This document shows positions 13,701-40,000 of a stretch of 64,000 bases of DNA, piece after piece. Every line of letters begins with the position of its first letter. Within the stretch, counting starts at the first letter, position 1. The notes beneath the pieces are model-generated. The model saw nothing but the letters and a program-made list of their open reading frames with translations. It ran no database searches and was not told the origin of the DNA. Position numbers and translations under genes: made by a program. Source of the stretch: Okamejei kenojei. Taxonomy: Eukaryota. Location of the stretch: NCBI GenBank assembly GCA_035221665.1, contig CM069163.1, positions 23,002,001 through 23,066,000 on the forward strand, read 5' to 3'.

Positions 13701-15013
13701 TTTCTGTCATTGTTATTAGGCACATGTTGATAGTGTTTGGTGGTCTTCAGGGGCTTGAGGCCAGTGTTGATGCTGACCCAAACCTCAACCTTACAGATCC
13801 TTGTGTCCTCTTTCACCACTACCTGAACACCTGCCCTGGTCAAGGCAGCCGTATCATTCGCACTGAGGTATGTTTTGCTTAAAGATCTCACTAGTAGACA
13901 ATGTACTGGTTTATTATGTATTCAAAATCAGGCTTGTAGAATGTATCCTGCATCCAAGGAAATACCTTCCCCACTTATAATCTGTTATTGTGATCCTTTA
14001 TAAGCATTTGTGTACCTAAATAATTTTCAGTAATCTAGTCCGGTCCATCATGTTCTGTAACATTATCAATCATGGCAGATATTATGTAGAAACAGGTTTA
14101 AATCGATTTGATTTTCACGTGTTATTGTAGCTTAATGTGCTTTGAAGACATTGCAAACTGCTGATTAATGGAGAGTTAGTGATTGTGCAATACTAGTACA
14201 CCATGTGGGGGTGGAAGGTTGCATTCTTCACGTGGTCCGCCCTGTTTCAACTAACATCGACTCAACATGCACAAACGGCAGATCAAATAGAACAACTTTA
14301 GGCTGTGCACGCCACACGAAAGAAGAAGTACACCATGTAATATAGTCTTGGAGTTCTGCCTTCTGCATAGAATAGAAGAAAATGTTCTTTTAAGTGCACA
14401 GCAGTTTTTAGTTATATTGAGAAAACACTTGGTGTATTACAATATATATTTTGTGAGCAGTTCTGCGTCTTCTAGCTTAATAAGAATATATTAGTTTTTG
14501 GGAGAATACAGCAGTTTTGTCAGAATAATAACAGGTTTGCAAAATTACATGGTAAGGCTGTTCAAACTAGGGATACATATTTTAGAATTTAGAAGGATCG
14601 GGGAGTGCTTTAATTTTTGTAAAGTTTTTAGGGGACTTGATAGGCTGGCTGTAATCTAATTCCATTGTTTGGGAGACCATGAATAGAGAAGTTGCTCTAA
14701 AAATTAGAGCAAGTCCTTTCACAATCGAAATTAGGAAATAATTTGCTGGGAAATGGTCAAACTCTGCCAGAAATGGATGCTGCATCATCACGCTGCATGG
14801 TATTAGGAGATATTTTGGAAATGTGTGCACATGGAGCAGGGTTACCGATCAACTGAGTTTAGTGAATTGTTTAAATTAGCATGTCTTCTAGACCAATATC
14901 TCTGTGTTTGGGGAATGGATTTTACCATGAATTTTCTTTTTGTTTTCCAGGAAGCCATCCTCATCACTCTTTCTATATTGCGACCAAAGATTGACAAAGC
15001 ACTCAAAAGCTAA
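1713..15013 (+). CDS. SPOUT1: SPOUT domain-containing methyltransferase 1 (C9orf114 orthologue), 5'-partial, spliced
   Basis: GT-AG bounded, phase-compatible exons at 1713-1823 (donor could instead be 1847), 3254-3413, 4217-4306, 7432-7481, 9844-9974, 10324-10396, 12311-12409, 12501-12603, 13720-13867 and 14951-15013 (TAA). Peptides include TISVALPGSVLDNAQSPEFRTYLAGQIARAC, LARILQYLECPQYLRK, LNPLDSPHH, GLYWGYTVRLASCL, GYDLTIGTSERG and NTCPGQGSRIIRTEEAILI, matching human SPOUT1 as recalled. The first exon(s) were not found in the window. Confidence 0.95.
1976..2548 (-). mobile_element. CR1 LINE 3' fragment
   Basis: ORF 2206-2544 reads PHLEYCEQIWASYLRQDVLALERVQRRF...LRGDLIETYK. Confidence 0.85.
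4795..7293 (+). mobile_element. CR1-clade LINE, 5'-truncated and degenerate (end of APE + RT)
   Basis: Fragments [67 protein letters not shown]; ends with the cctgcacctattttctatgtttc 3' tail. Confidence 0.92.
8345..8610 (+). mobile_element. CR1 LINE fragment
   Basis: Degenerate similarity to the RT C-terminal 'RTRGH.FKV' region of the other CR1 copies. Confidence 0.6.
9243..9521 (+). mobile_element. tRNA-derived SINE
   Basis: A/B-box-like head (gtggcacagctagtgg...gtttcaatcc), core tgcatgttctccc, ctaaactaaa tail. Related copies at ~8795-9110, 25060-25335(-), 36130-36420 and 57760-57990(-). Confidence 0.75.
11387..11683. mobile_element. PIF/Harbinger-type MITE
   Basis: Long TIRs starting agggtctgtcccactttcccgagttactcac; TTA duplicated at 11384-11386 and 11684-11686. 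Confidence 0.85.
14207..14326 (+). mobile_element. Short (~120 bp) non-tRNA SINE with (AGA)n tail, possibly Ingi/Vingi-dependent
   Basis: 12-bp TSD agtacaccatgt at 14195-14206 and 14327-14338; a second copy lies at ~45518-45644 on the minus strand. Confidence 0.7.
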
Positions 15014-15337
15014 TTCAAGTTGAATTTGTGAAAACATTTTGCATCATTGCCATCTTTTATTCTAACCTTGAAAGATTAATTACCAGACATTTCTCATTCT
15101 CCTGCCTGAAATTGGGGCTATCTCTAAATTACAGAGATCCATTTTCAGCATGTTTTGGTGTTTATCTAGGAATCTGCAGATTGGTTATCAGATTAAAAGT
15201 TTTGGGGAACATTTAAAATGCCAATTTTCCAAAGGTAATGTTAAACATCTTCAAACATTCAAGTAATTATACAGAATGTGTAGATCCAAACGGAGTAATC
15301 ATGCAACTGCTATTCAGATATTTTCTGTCAATTACAG

Positions 15338-15343
15338 AATAAA
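15338..15343 (+). terminator. Candidate polyadenylation signal (AATAAA) of SPOUT1
   Basis: AATAAA about 325 bp downstream of the SPOUT1 stop codon. Confidence 0.45.
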
Positions 15344-15842
15344 TGATTTTATAGAAGAGCAGATAGCAGCACATGAGTCCAGGAAAGTTTCTTGTAACCT
15401 TTCTTGGAATCACATTTCAGGTGTGTAGGCTGATTATTGACTGCTGTGCAGAATCTCTCCAGTGTAACACTGCTATTAAATTGTAATTTTATGAATTATT
15501 TACATTTTATGTGGAGTAAAGACCCTATTTTTTTTTTAGAAGTGTTTGATTTTTGGTTCACATGTTACTTGAAAAATTGTCGCAGAACAGGCACAGACCA
15601 CATGATCATAGTTTTGTAATACCCTGTGAATAACTTTTCTGTCCGCCATATTACTGCCTGTTCACCTCCAGCTATTCCTTCTACGAAAAGCTGATTTACG
15701 CAAATTAGCTTCTGTGTTCTGTAACTGATGAGCTATTTCTGAATGCAGTTGGGATACAATAGGATAATGTTCAACATCTAGAAGATGTCCAAAATTAAGG
15801 TTTTTTTTAAATTGCAAACTAATCAGACCCTTACACACAGGT

Positions 15843-28842
<13,000 letters not shown>

Positions 28843-28890
28843 CTCACACACAGGTCTGCACTTTGAATCTGAGCTCTTCCAACATGCATG

Positions 28891-28898
28891 TTTATATA
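28891..28898 (-). promoter_or_regulatory. TATA box of CEL
   Basis: Minus strand reads TATATAAA about 50 bp upstream of the CEL ATG. Confidence 0.65.
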
Positions 28899-29249
28899 CA
28901 TGAATCTATGCCAACATTGAGTATTGACCACAAATAACAGTCAAGGTTGGCTTGTTTATTTTAATAAATAAGCATATCTTAATGACATTATTTAACATGG
29001 ACAGCATTAATATCAGCAAAAGACTAGTTTTCAAGGTCAGTGACAATATTTTATCAATATTACAGAAGTTTAGTAAACCTCATGCTTAAAGTAGGAATGT
29101 TTCAGATGGTTTCTTTGTTCACTCTCCTCCCCCACAATTTAAACCAAACCATTGAGATATATTCACAAAATCAATATATCTCTATATCAGAGGACAAGGC
29201 GGGGACTCATCCTGGCCAGTTGCTTTCCAATGGTTCACTTTCAGGAACT

Positions 29250-29690
29250 GATAGCTGATGGTGGGTACAGGTGGACCCAAGGATGTCGGAATGGGTGACA
29301 TCGTTCCATTGCCCTTCTATTCAAAATAAGCATTGGATGCTTTGAGCTCCTCGTGGAGGGATGTGTTGATGCCAGCAGTACTCCCCAACTTCACTTTGTA
29401 GCCCGTTATGGCATGTAAGCCTTGCCACAATTGATAAGTGGCTGTGGGGTTATTCTGAGATTCTAGTCGTCAGGAATTTTCTCTTGACATCGTTGATGGC
29501 TTTGCAGAGATTCTATATGGATTTCCCGTCCCTCTCGCAATCACCCGACTTGTACGCCTCAGACTTGGCCTTCAATAGAGGGTGGATCTCACGGATCATC
29601 CATGGTTTCCAGTTGGGCAACACTCAGATCGTCGTCTTTGGCACATGGTCCTCTGAACACTTACGGATGAAGTCTGTAATTCTAGTAGCA
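29250..29690 (-). mobile_element. Degenerate Rex1/Babar-type LINE fragment
   Basis: Minus-strand remnants resembling 'PNWKPWM', 'LWQGLHAITGYK' and 'LHEELKAS'. Confidence 0.55.
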
Positions 29691-32534
29691 TAGTTTGGCC
29701 AGTCTTGAATGTGCACCAATCAACCTACTGAGGGCAATCATGCGGAATCTCATCTGTTTCTACACATCACCAATCGTGGTCACCATTGCAGAAAGCATCT
29801 GGCCCAGATGAAGTCCTCAGCCCTGTCCTCAGAACGTGCATGGACAAGCTTGCAAGAGTATTTGCATCTTCAAATACTCGCCCTAATCCATTCTGAGGTT
29901 TCCACCTGCTTCAAGAAGACTACTGATCATATATGGTTGCTTTTATAACTTTCAATAACCTTACCATCTCATCTATATAATTGTGTAATCAAGATAAAAA
30001 CATAAATTTGTTTTAGATCTGATATTAGTCCAATGGATAAATGCACCTTATTGCAATTGAGAGATCCTAGGGGCTTGCAGATAGCAGCACAAGCTAGGGA
30101 AAGGTCACTCTGCAGTTACATTAAATGTAAGAATGACACCAAAGTTTAGCTAATAAAGAACAAGCAGAGCACTAATACCTGGAAACTTCTCTTTGCACGA
30201 GTGACTTGTGGAATATGTATCCAGAGAAGACTTACAGTTGGGATTCATTACTAAAACAAGAAAAAACTGAAAAACTGAACAACCTAGGGTTTCTATCTGG
30301 AGAAAAGAGAAGATCAAAAAAAGGCTTTCAATATTACCACGGGGTTCCTTAAGTAGATGCAGAAGCCAAGAAATTGGTCCATCACCTCTGGTATTTCATG
30401 TATACATATCCACACAAAAGTGCTTTTATATAGACTAGTTTGTGCTGGCCATCATTCCTAGGTTAAATGACACTCACCAAAAAATTGGTCGAGGCAATAC
30501 TACACATAATTAAGCAAATACAAGACTGCAGGAGGAATAAAGTGGGTCAGGCAACATCTGTGGACAGTATAACAGAGTGCTGGCTTAACTCAAGGCAGAA
30601 ACTCGGAAGTACGTGGATAGATGACCCTTCTTCAGGCCGATTGTAGTGTGGGAGAGAAAAAGGGAGGGAATAGACAACATTTTAGCTTGTGTCTCTTCCT
30701 AAAGATTCCAATGACTTTACATAAGTTTGACATAGCTGAAAATTTCCTGGCTTCTGTTGCACATTCACAAACCTAATTTCCTTAGTTGTGATGTACACAA
30801 GAGCAATTTTGTTCAAAAAAATTTAGAAACAGTAATACTGCTAGGAACATTTTGTCACGCTAATTGGTGGTTTTATCTCAGGAGATAACTTCTGGGAACT
30901 CAGTACACTACAGAGCTTCTTCAAAACATGGCCTGGATTTGGCATGACATCTTTAGCTTCAATAAGGAATAGCTTCTAAATTACACCCCAAGAGTTGTAC
31001 ACGTCAGAAGGAGTAAGTTTGTGTATTAAAACACCCACCAGGTCAGGTCTTTGCTCTCCGGGATATCCATTCCAGCTGCTAGGACTGTCCATCCCACATG
31101 CCAGCCATGAACAACAGCAGACCGGGCTGGCACTATGCTTGCCATGTGTAGTGTACCGTGGGCACAGGAACAGCATTTGTCACAACATGGAATGAAGCAT
31201 TAAACATGTCTCCCGGTTTCCCAACATAAAGGATTTCCACACCTCTAGTCACAAAGAGGACATCTCCCTGGTATCCATCAACTGACATTTGCAAAAGAGA
31301 GAACTGGCCTTTTACTTCTCCACATTGGTACTCTGAGATTTCATGTGCATGTGAAAGGTAGATTCACCGGAACATATCAGTTCTGAAAGAGGTCATCTGG
31401 AGAATGCTGCCGGTACCAGTTCTTTGAAATACTTTCCAATCTGGACCAGGGATTCTCTGTTAACCCCCGGAAGGGTGCAAATTAATCAATAGGCAATAGA
31501 CAATAATCTTCTTTAATTAAAACACTTGGACAGGTACATTGATAGTATCACTTGTTTGTATACTATAAATGACAGTTCTCTTTATTATGCAATTGAGAGC
31601 ACAGTTTTGCAATGAGTCAGTTTTACAACATCCAGCTAATGATGAAGAAACAAAGAGAGAGAGAGCACCAAAAATAGCAAAGCAGATCTGTGACAGGGAT
31701 GAGAGTCCGGTTTCATGATGGTAGCTCCATACAACATGGAGAAATCAAAAAGATAATTTGTGCTGACCTCACAATAAAAGCCCCCCCCCCCCCCCCCCCC
31801 CAGTCTGGCACTGTTGTTTCTGCTTCCTGTGGAAAACAGTTGCAAGAAGCACACACACTAATCCTGATAACTGTTTTCACAGCTGAGAATTTCTCAAGCT
31901 TGAGATTAGTTTCAGTTGTGAGTTTCAAGCACCTGTTGCCCACATGCTTTCCATTTGCATTGGATCACACCGACTGCACTCCACAATTCCCCGACAACAC
32001 CTATTCTGCACCGATAGCGAGGTCTTTTTGGAATTTTTCCAACATTCTCTGCAAAAGCAGCAAGATGGTGGACAGAAGAACAAAACGAATAACCACAGGG
32101 CCACTACCCCGCACCCATTGTTGGACTCTTTCCTTCTTATTTCATGCTGTGGTCATGTCCTGCCTCAGTCAGATTCAGAATTACCGCAGATATCAAGGTC
32201 AACTGTACATCATTCACCAAATGCAGAAAACAGCCCTTCTGAAGCTGTAGTCACCATGAGTGCAGTCTGTGTCCATTCAGGCCACACACAATCCTTTCCT
32301 AATGCTAACAACCTCCACACCACACTACCAAGAAATCCTCATGGGTATACCAAGGGTGGGGAGTGATTAAAGATGCATTTGGTAATGTGCGTGAGGGGCA
32401 TGTCATATCTAACTATTCACTTGCAAATGTATTAACACGTTCTCTCCCAAACCACAGCCAAGCAATTTACATACAAGCTGAGTGAAACTAGATTCACAGG
32501 CTGTTTTGTAAAGAGTGCAGGTTTGTTCAAAGTA

Positions 32535-33135
32535 CATACCCTTGAAAGACTTGTGCTAGCCCAGCTGAAAAGTATCACAAACCCCCTGCTGGACCCCCTG
32601 CAGTTTGCATACCAGGCCAATAGATCAGTCAACCTAGGCCTGCACATCATCCTCCAGCACCTAGACTGCCAGGGGACCTATGCAAGGATTTTGTTTGTTA
32701 TTTTAGCTCTGCATTCAACACCGTTGTGCCAGAGCTACTGCATTCCAAACTCTCCTAGTTGACTGTGCCTGAACCCTTCTGTCAATGGATCACCAACATC
32801 CTGACAGACAGGAAGCAGCATGTGAGGCTGGGAAAGTGCATCTCAGATCCGCTGACCCTCAGCATAAGAGCACGGCAAGGCTGCGTACTCTCCCTTCTCC
32901 TTTATTCTCTCGACACCAATGACTGCACCGCCACACAGACTCCTCTGTCAAGCTTCTCAAGTTTGCGGACGACACAACCCTGATTGGACTGATCCTGGAT
33001 GGGAAGGAATCTGGCTACAGACAGGAAGTGACACAGCTGGCGTCCTGGTGCCATTACAACAACCTGGAGCTCAATGCTCTTAAGACAGTGGAATTGACTA
33101 TAGGCTTTAGGAGAGCTCCCCCTCCCCTCACTCAC
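32535..33135 (+). mobile_element. Rex1/Babar-type LINE RT fragment
   Basis: LDPLQFAYQANRS, YARILFV, CQWITNILTDRKQHVR, QGCVLS.LLYSL.TNDC, KFADDT, WCHYNNLELNALKTVE. Confidence 0.8.
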
Positions 33136-34096
33136 CATGGTCCACTGTATATCGTGTTGTTATCCTTACGAGCAAAGCAGCAAGGCAAATTCCTTGTATG
33201 TATACATACTTGGCTAATAAAATGTATTCAATTCAATTCAATACACACACAATGGTGAACACCATGCTTTCCCTCACCTCTGCCATGGTCTACTGTATAT
33301 CGTGTTATCCTTACGAGCAAAGCAGCAAGGCAAATTCCTTCAACAGATGGCGGACCCACTGCTCTGTTGAAGGAATTCTCTGTCCTTTCTGGATATCATT
33401 TCATCACAAATGGAAAATCACCACCTCGGAGAACTAGAAGCACGACTGCCCATTCATTGGTTTACAAATTAAAAACACTAAACTATCTAACATTAAAGGT
33501 CTTGCAATTAAACGTTGGTGCCTGTAATGAGAATGCCTGGAACTGGTTCTGGTGCCTACAACGTGACCAGCAACAGGAAGCTGGTCTTGGCGGATGAGCC
33601 GCCTATTAAAGGCCTAACTGGGAATGGATACTCACTGCGGGAGAAGGCATGGAAGGTAAGGAGTCACAGAGAACACCAGCCTGCAGCCCACCACTCACCC
33701 ACACGTTTTCACATGGACATGGACATGCTCAACTAACAACCCATGACCCACCGATAAGTAAATGAGTTACTGAGCCTCCACACAATCCAATAGCCTCCCT
33801 GTTCATATAACAGAGAGACAGAAGATGCTGCACGCCAGCAGTCTGGTTCCATAACTCTTCGTCAGTGATCACCGCGTGCGCGGCTTGGTCACATTCCAAT
33901 AAAAACCAGAAGCAACTGATCAACTGCAACAGCAGTTTCTGTCAGAGAAGCTGGCCCAATGTAGCCAGCTACATGAACACGAGACCGTGCTGCATATTAT
34001 TGCAGACACTCCCTGCATAGTCAGTGTACTTTCAACGCAACAATCAGTGTTTGTCTCTCGTGCCATGTAACCAAGTCCAGCTCACACTCAATACAG

Positions 34097-37000
34097 TCAA
34101 ATGTAGTCGAGAATCTCGGTCTCCATTTCATTTTCGCTTCCCTCTGACGGTGCGTATTCTTCTTCCTCATCCTCCTCCTCCTCCTCTGCAGATTCATGCT
34201 CTTCTTTCTCCTGGGTGACTGATGGTTTCTTTCTCAGACAGGTCGAAGCTGAGCATGAGGGAAAAGGAGAAAAAAATAAAAATTACATATAAAACCCAAT
34301 ATCAGCATTATAGTGTTCGGGAGAACAGATCCAATCTGGACTTCCCGGCTGCCCAAAAGGTTAACACCAGACGGCAACTCCTGACGGTGAATTGTGTAAC
34401 TTCCAAATGCTGAACCATGTTAGTGAAGAAGAGATGTTACCCAAGTCAAATCTCCAATACACCTGTAGACAGAGGATGTTCAGGCAGCTACAACATTCCC
34501 AAAGGTGCTTGAGCTTCAGATATGAAAAATCCCCTAAGTTAGAGACAAACATTCTTTATGTTTCAGTTAGTCTGAGACTGGGGTGGATGTCACAGAATTC
34601 CAAGATTGCCATTTTATACAGATACAAGGATGACAACATCATTGCAAGTGAATGAGTCCAATGAGTTGTAGAAACAAGTGGCTGTGAAACTTGGGGCGAG
34701 CATGAAAGGATGAGCAATGGGGAGGCAAAGAGTGGCACAATGCCAGAGGTTGAAGCGGGCGGTGGGCTGAAGAGTTATTGGCACAGGCAACACTCCTGCA
34801 GAAGTGCCAGCACAAGATATTTGAGCTTAAATATTGGAGAGATATTTGAAGATACAATTTTATATACCCAAATTGAGAATGTTAACCAATTACTTCAAAA
34901 TACCATGTACGCAGCTTTTCCTCCTTATAAGATAGGCAGAAGTGCACTGTAACACCTCTTGGTGTACGGGCCAAACAGACTAGCTTAGATGGGGCAAGCC
35001 AAACTGTACTGTGGGTCTTTATTATAAAATTCTACATCAATGCTACAAAACATCTCTGTGTATGATATATATTTTTCCTATAATAACATTGTCTAATAAT
35101 GGAGGTTTCAGGAATACATCTCCTATGTACAGGTATTACTTAATTCACACATGTCACACACAGATACTGTGTTCAGTTGCAGCAGAGAGCAGTTCGGCAC
35201 TATAGTCATCAAATAAATGCTAGTCACAGGTCAAGGTTCTCATGTTCCAATATAAAATATATTGGAGAACAAGCAGCAAATGTGAACACGACTGGATCTA
35301 GGACACAGGGATACTGGGCTCCGTAGTCTAGGGGAAGTAGTTACTGGGCGAATGCCACCGCAGTAATTAAATAATTTAAATAGCATGAATAAATTTAACT
35401 GGTTACAGCAGAGGAAAAAAGGAGTCACGGGGAACTGCTTTTGCTGGAACCTTTAACAAAATAAAACAAAGTGCTGGAGGAACTTAGTGGGTCAGTCAGC
35501 ATCTGTGAAGGCAATGGACAGGCGATGTTTTAGGTCATGACTCAGTCTTAAGAAGGGTCATGACATGAAACGTTGTCCATCTATTCTGTTCACAGATGCT
35601 GCTTGACCTACTGAGTTCCTCCAGCACTTTGTTCATAGCTGAAAAAGGATGGTCAGTGGTTGAAGCAGAGAGAGAAACAAAGGTACATCGACCCGAAGAA
35701 AAAGATTTTGATTCTTCTTTTCAGTTTAATTACCAGCCTCACCTGCTCGATTTTTGCGACAGACCTCTTTAATCATGTTGGACATCCGATCCCGGAGGTC
35801 ATCACTGGTTTTTGGCAAACACCAGCCATCCCTCTCATTACATGTTGCCTCTTTGCCATTATTGCGATGGATGATCTTTTTTAAACTGAAGTAACAGAAG
35901 GGAACCAGTTTCAGAGAGGAGATGACCATCATTCAACACTTGAAACACTTTGAAAGCTAGGTAAGCCGTTACACAAATCTAAACCTGCATTTCTACTGAT
36001 AAAATTCTACTTAAGGTTACAGAAAATACACAATAGTCTAGGTCACAATGTCCTGATCGTGACAAACTTGAGTCAGAAGTTGAAGGTTAAAGTCCCACTC
36101 CAGACACATTGGCTTAGTGTAGGTCTGACTGGTGGCACAGCGGTAGAGTTGCTGCCTCACAGCGCCAATGACTGAAGTTCGATCCTGACTATGGATCTTA
36201 CTATGGTGTTGTCTGTACAGCGTTTGTACGTCTTCCCCATGACGGCATGGGTTATCTCCGGTTTCCTCCCACATTCGAAAGATGTGCAGGTTTGCAGGTT
36301 AATTGGATTCAGTAAAATGTCCCTATTGTGTAGGACAGTGTTAGGGCATGGTGATCGTTGTTTAGCACAGACTTAGTGGGCAGAAGGGCCTGTTTCTGAG
36401 CTGTACCTCTAAACTAAACTTAACTGACGGAAACTTAAACCAAGGTCTCAGCAGTCTTTTCAGGTCTGTGTACAAGATCTGATGGCACTGTTTTGAAGAA
36501 AACGGGGACGTTTCTTGCTGATGTCCTGGCCAATATTTATCCCCAAGACAACTCAGTTCAATAGTGAGAAGCTTAAAACCAATTCCCCTGGTACTTGCGC
36601 GTCCCATTCACTCTCCCTCTGAAACCCCTTCCTGTTCTAGTCCAATGAACAGCACCTGTCTACATCCAAGTCACACAGCTGGTAAAACATCTGGCGATAG
36701 GGTGGCAAAGTGTCCTCTCGGAAGATGTACACCGACTCCTGGAATTATAAGAATAGGAGATATCAGGACGATTACATTATACAATGAACCTATTGCATTC
36801 TGATCTAATCCAACCCTTTGCTGGCACTCAGTCCATTCAAATCTGCAGGGAGATACAGTTGGGTGGGAAGAGAGAGTGTCAAGACTGGCTAAAACAAAGT
36901 CCACCACGACATCAGAATTTTATAAAACGTGGGAGTGAAAAGAACCAGGTTTGAAATAAGCACAGAAACGTGGGTCATATGTGCAAATGTTAAAAAGTCT

Positions 37001-40000
37001 GAAAGTGACCATTGAGTTAATGAAGTGGACAATTAACATCTATACGATCAGATAATAGTATAAGATGAGACAAATAACATGTAAATAATTTGTACATATA
37101 CTCTCTGGTTCTGTTTTGTTTTCTTGACGAAGGGTAATTATGCCATGTTTCACAGCACATATACGGCTGGTTTTGTAATGTATTATATTATCTAATTAAT
37201 TTAAATGTACTATCAAAGAGAGGGATTGAGGGGGGCTCTCTCGGGTGGGGGGGAGATACCTGCTATTTATTTTTGTTTATAATTGTGATTCAAAAGTCCC
37301 AAAGTGGGAGTTAGAGCAACCTTACTGTAGTTGCAACCACACATAAGTGGGCTACCCAGGAGAGACCTAGTCACATCTCTTCGCCTTTTTACAAGGAGCT
37401 GGTACACCACCTAGTTTAGGGTGTCCAGATGGGTTTGTTAGGTAGGAAGTCCCTTTTTTCTTTATTGTTTTTTGGTCCTATGTGTAAAGTTTTATTGTAT
37501 ATTGATTTAATGATTTGTTTATTGTTTATTGATCTGTTAGTTTGGCAAATGTTTTTCATTGTTACATCATACCCTAGTAAATTGTATTTTGAGTACAGCG
37601 GATATTCACAGGCTAACCAGAGCAAGAAACAAAAATGGTATAGAAAGCAACTAGTAGATCACACCACGTGGGATAATGACTAATTTAAAGATAGTAAGTT
37701 ATAATGTCCACAGTTTAAATCACCCCATAAAGAAGAGAAAAATTCTGAGCCAATTCAAAAATTTAGGATGTGGAGTTGCATTGATTCAGGAAACGCCTGG
37801 TGGAAAAGGAACATAAAAAGCTTAGAAGAGAGTGGGTTGGTGAGGTATTCAGTGCCTCCTATGGGAAAAGGAGAGGAGTGGCTATTCTTTTCAATAGAAA
37901 TGTAGTTTTCTCTGTGGAAAAACTACTTCAAGATACATTGGGGAGATATGTAATGGTATTGGTACAATAAGTGGGATGGTAGTATCGATTATAAATATTT
38001 ATGCACCAACGGAAGATGATTACTCTTTCTTTAGAGACATTGCAAATATAATTGCAGAAAATGCCAAAGGTATGATAATACTAGGTGGTGATTTCAATGC
38101 GGTCCTTGATGGGAGGTTGGATAGATTACCAGATGAGTACAACCAAACAAAAAAACCCAAAATATTAAATAATATGCTAGGGGAGTTAGGATTAGTAGAC
38201 TCATGGAGATATAAAAATCCAAGAGGGAGGGAATTATAGTTTATTTTCGAACGTGCACGGGAGCTACTCACGTATAGACATGATTTGTGTTCTCAAACAA
38301 TATACATATAAAGTGGTAGATTGTAAAATTGGTTCAATAACAATCAGTGACCATGCGCCCATAATCCTTACCTTGGAGTTAGGAACTGAAAAGAGTTTTA
38401 AATATTGGAGAGCAAACATCTCTTTACTGACAGATAATGTAACGACACAGGAAATTAGGAATTGTATCAAAGAGTATTTTGACCACAATGACAATAGTGA
38501 AGTAACATTATCCACGCTTTGGGACGGTGCAAAAGAAGTAATAAGGGGCAAAATGATTGAAATATCGAGTAGAGTAAGGAAGAATAGGTTGAAGAAGTAA
38601 TCTGACTTGGAAAGTAAAATAAAGATATTAGAAGTAGAACACAAAAATAACAATAGAAACACGAATTTGTTAAATGAACTAAAACATAAAAGACATGAGT
38701 TAGAAGAGCTTCTAACATTCTAGCTAAAGGAGCCCTTCGATTCTTAAATCAAAAATACTATGAGAAGGGAAATAGGGCTAGTCGCCTTCTGGCATTTCAG
38801 TTGCGTAAGGAGCAAGCTAATCGAGCAGTTTCTAAAGTTCTACACCCGATTTCTAGAAATTTAGTCTCTCAACCACGAGGAATCACAGAAGCGTTTGCAT
38901 CCTTCTATGAACAGTTATACGACTCTCCTGAACTCATAGATAAAGAGGAAAAGATCAGAACTTTCTTTTCTGGATTAAAAATGCCCTGCCTTTCTCAAGA
39001 AGAAGCGAGAAATATGACAACACAAATAGAAGAGCAGGAAATAAAAGTAATAAAAAAATTAAAGAACAACAAGTCCCCAGGGACAGATGGGATTCCAGGA
39101 GAGTTTTATAAATGTTTTGAGAACGAGCTTTCTCCAATTCTGGCTAGAGTCTATAATTATGCTTGGGCTGAAGGCAACCCACCGAGATCATGGGCCGAGG
39201 CTATAATCTCTGTTATTTATAAGGAAGGGAAGGATCCCACAGGATGTGAAGGATATAGACCGATAAGTCTCTTATGCAATGACTTAAAGATACTCAGTGC
39301 TATGTTAACTAAGAGAACTCAAAAAATTATCAAACAATTGATACATCCTGATCAAACAGGGTTCATACCAGGCAGACAAGGAGCTAATAATATTAGACGG
39401 GTCCTGAATATCATGACATGTGCAAAAAGGAAGCATCAGACGTCAATGCTATTAAGTTTAGATGCTCAAAAGGCTTTTGACAGAGTAGATTGGGTCTATC
39501 TTGAATATACACTAGATATAATGGGGTTCCACACAAAATGTATTAATTGGGTGAAAACATTATATTTAAATCCAAAGTCAAGAGTGAGGGTAAATGGATG
39601 TTGCTCTGAGTTGTCTTAATTAAAGAGGGGAGTTAGACAGGGAGGCAGTTTGAGTCCCCTGCTTTTTGACATGTTTAGAGCCGCTCGCAGAAACTATTAG
39701 GCAAGATGACTATATTGAGGGCATTAAAGATGATCCGGGGGGGGGGGGGGGGGGGGGGGGGGACACACAAAAAATTTCACTATTTGCAGATGATGTTATG
39801 ATCTATGTGAGTAATCCTATTTCCTCAGTGCCTCACCTAATACAAGTGTTACAGAAATATGGAGAAATATCGGGATATAAAATAAATGACTCAAAATCAG
39901 AAGTAATTATGCTGTCAGGTCTGTGGCCCTCGCAATTAAATGATCAGGTCAGGTTCCATTGGTCTCGGGAGGGTTTTAGATATTTAGGTATTGTCATCAC

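Noticed and set aside
31690-32366. 186-aa and 140-aa plus-strand ORFs between CEL and GTF3C5
   Set aside because: No recognisable domain, non-ATG starts, and the poly-Pro comes from a C homopolymer; probably UTR or intergenic sequence
35256-35415. Unique-looking stretch in GTF3C5 intron 10 as a possible snoRNA or micro-exon
   Set aside because: No convincing C/D or H/ACA boxes or splice-site pair could be supported by eye
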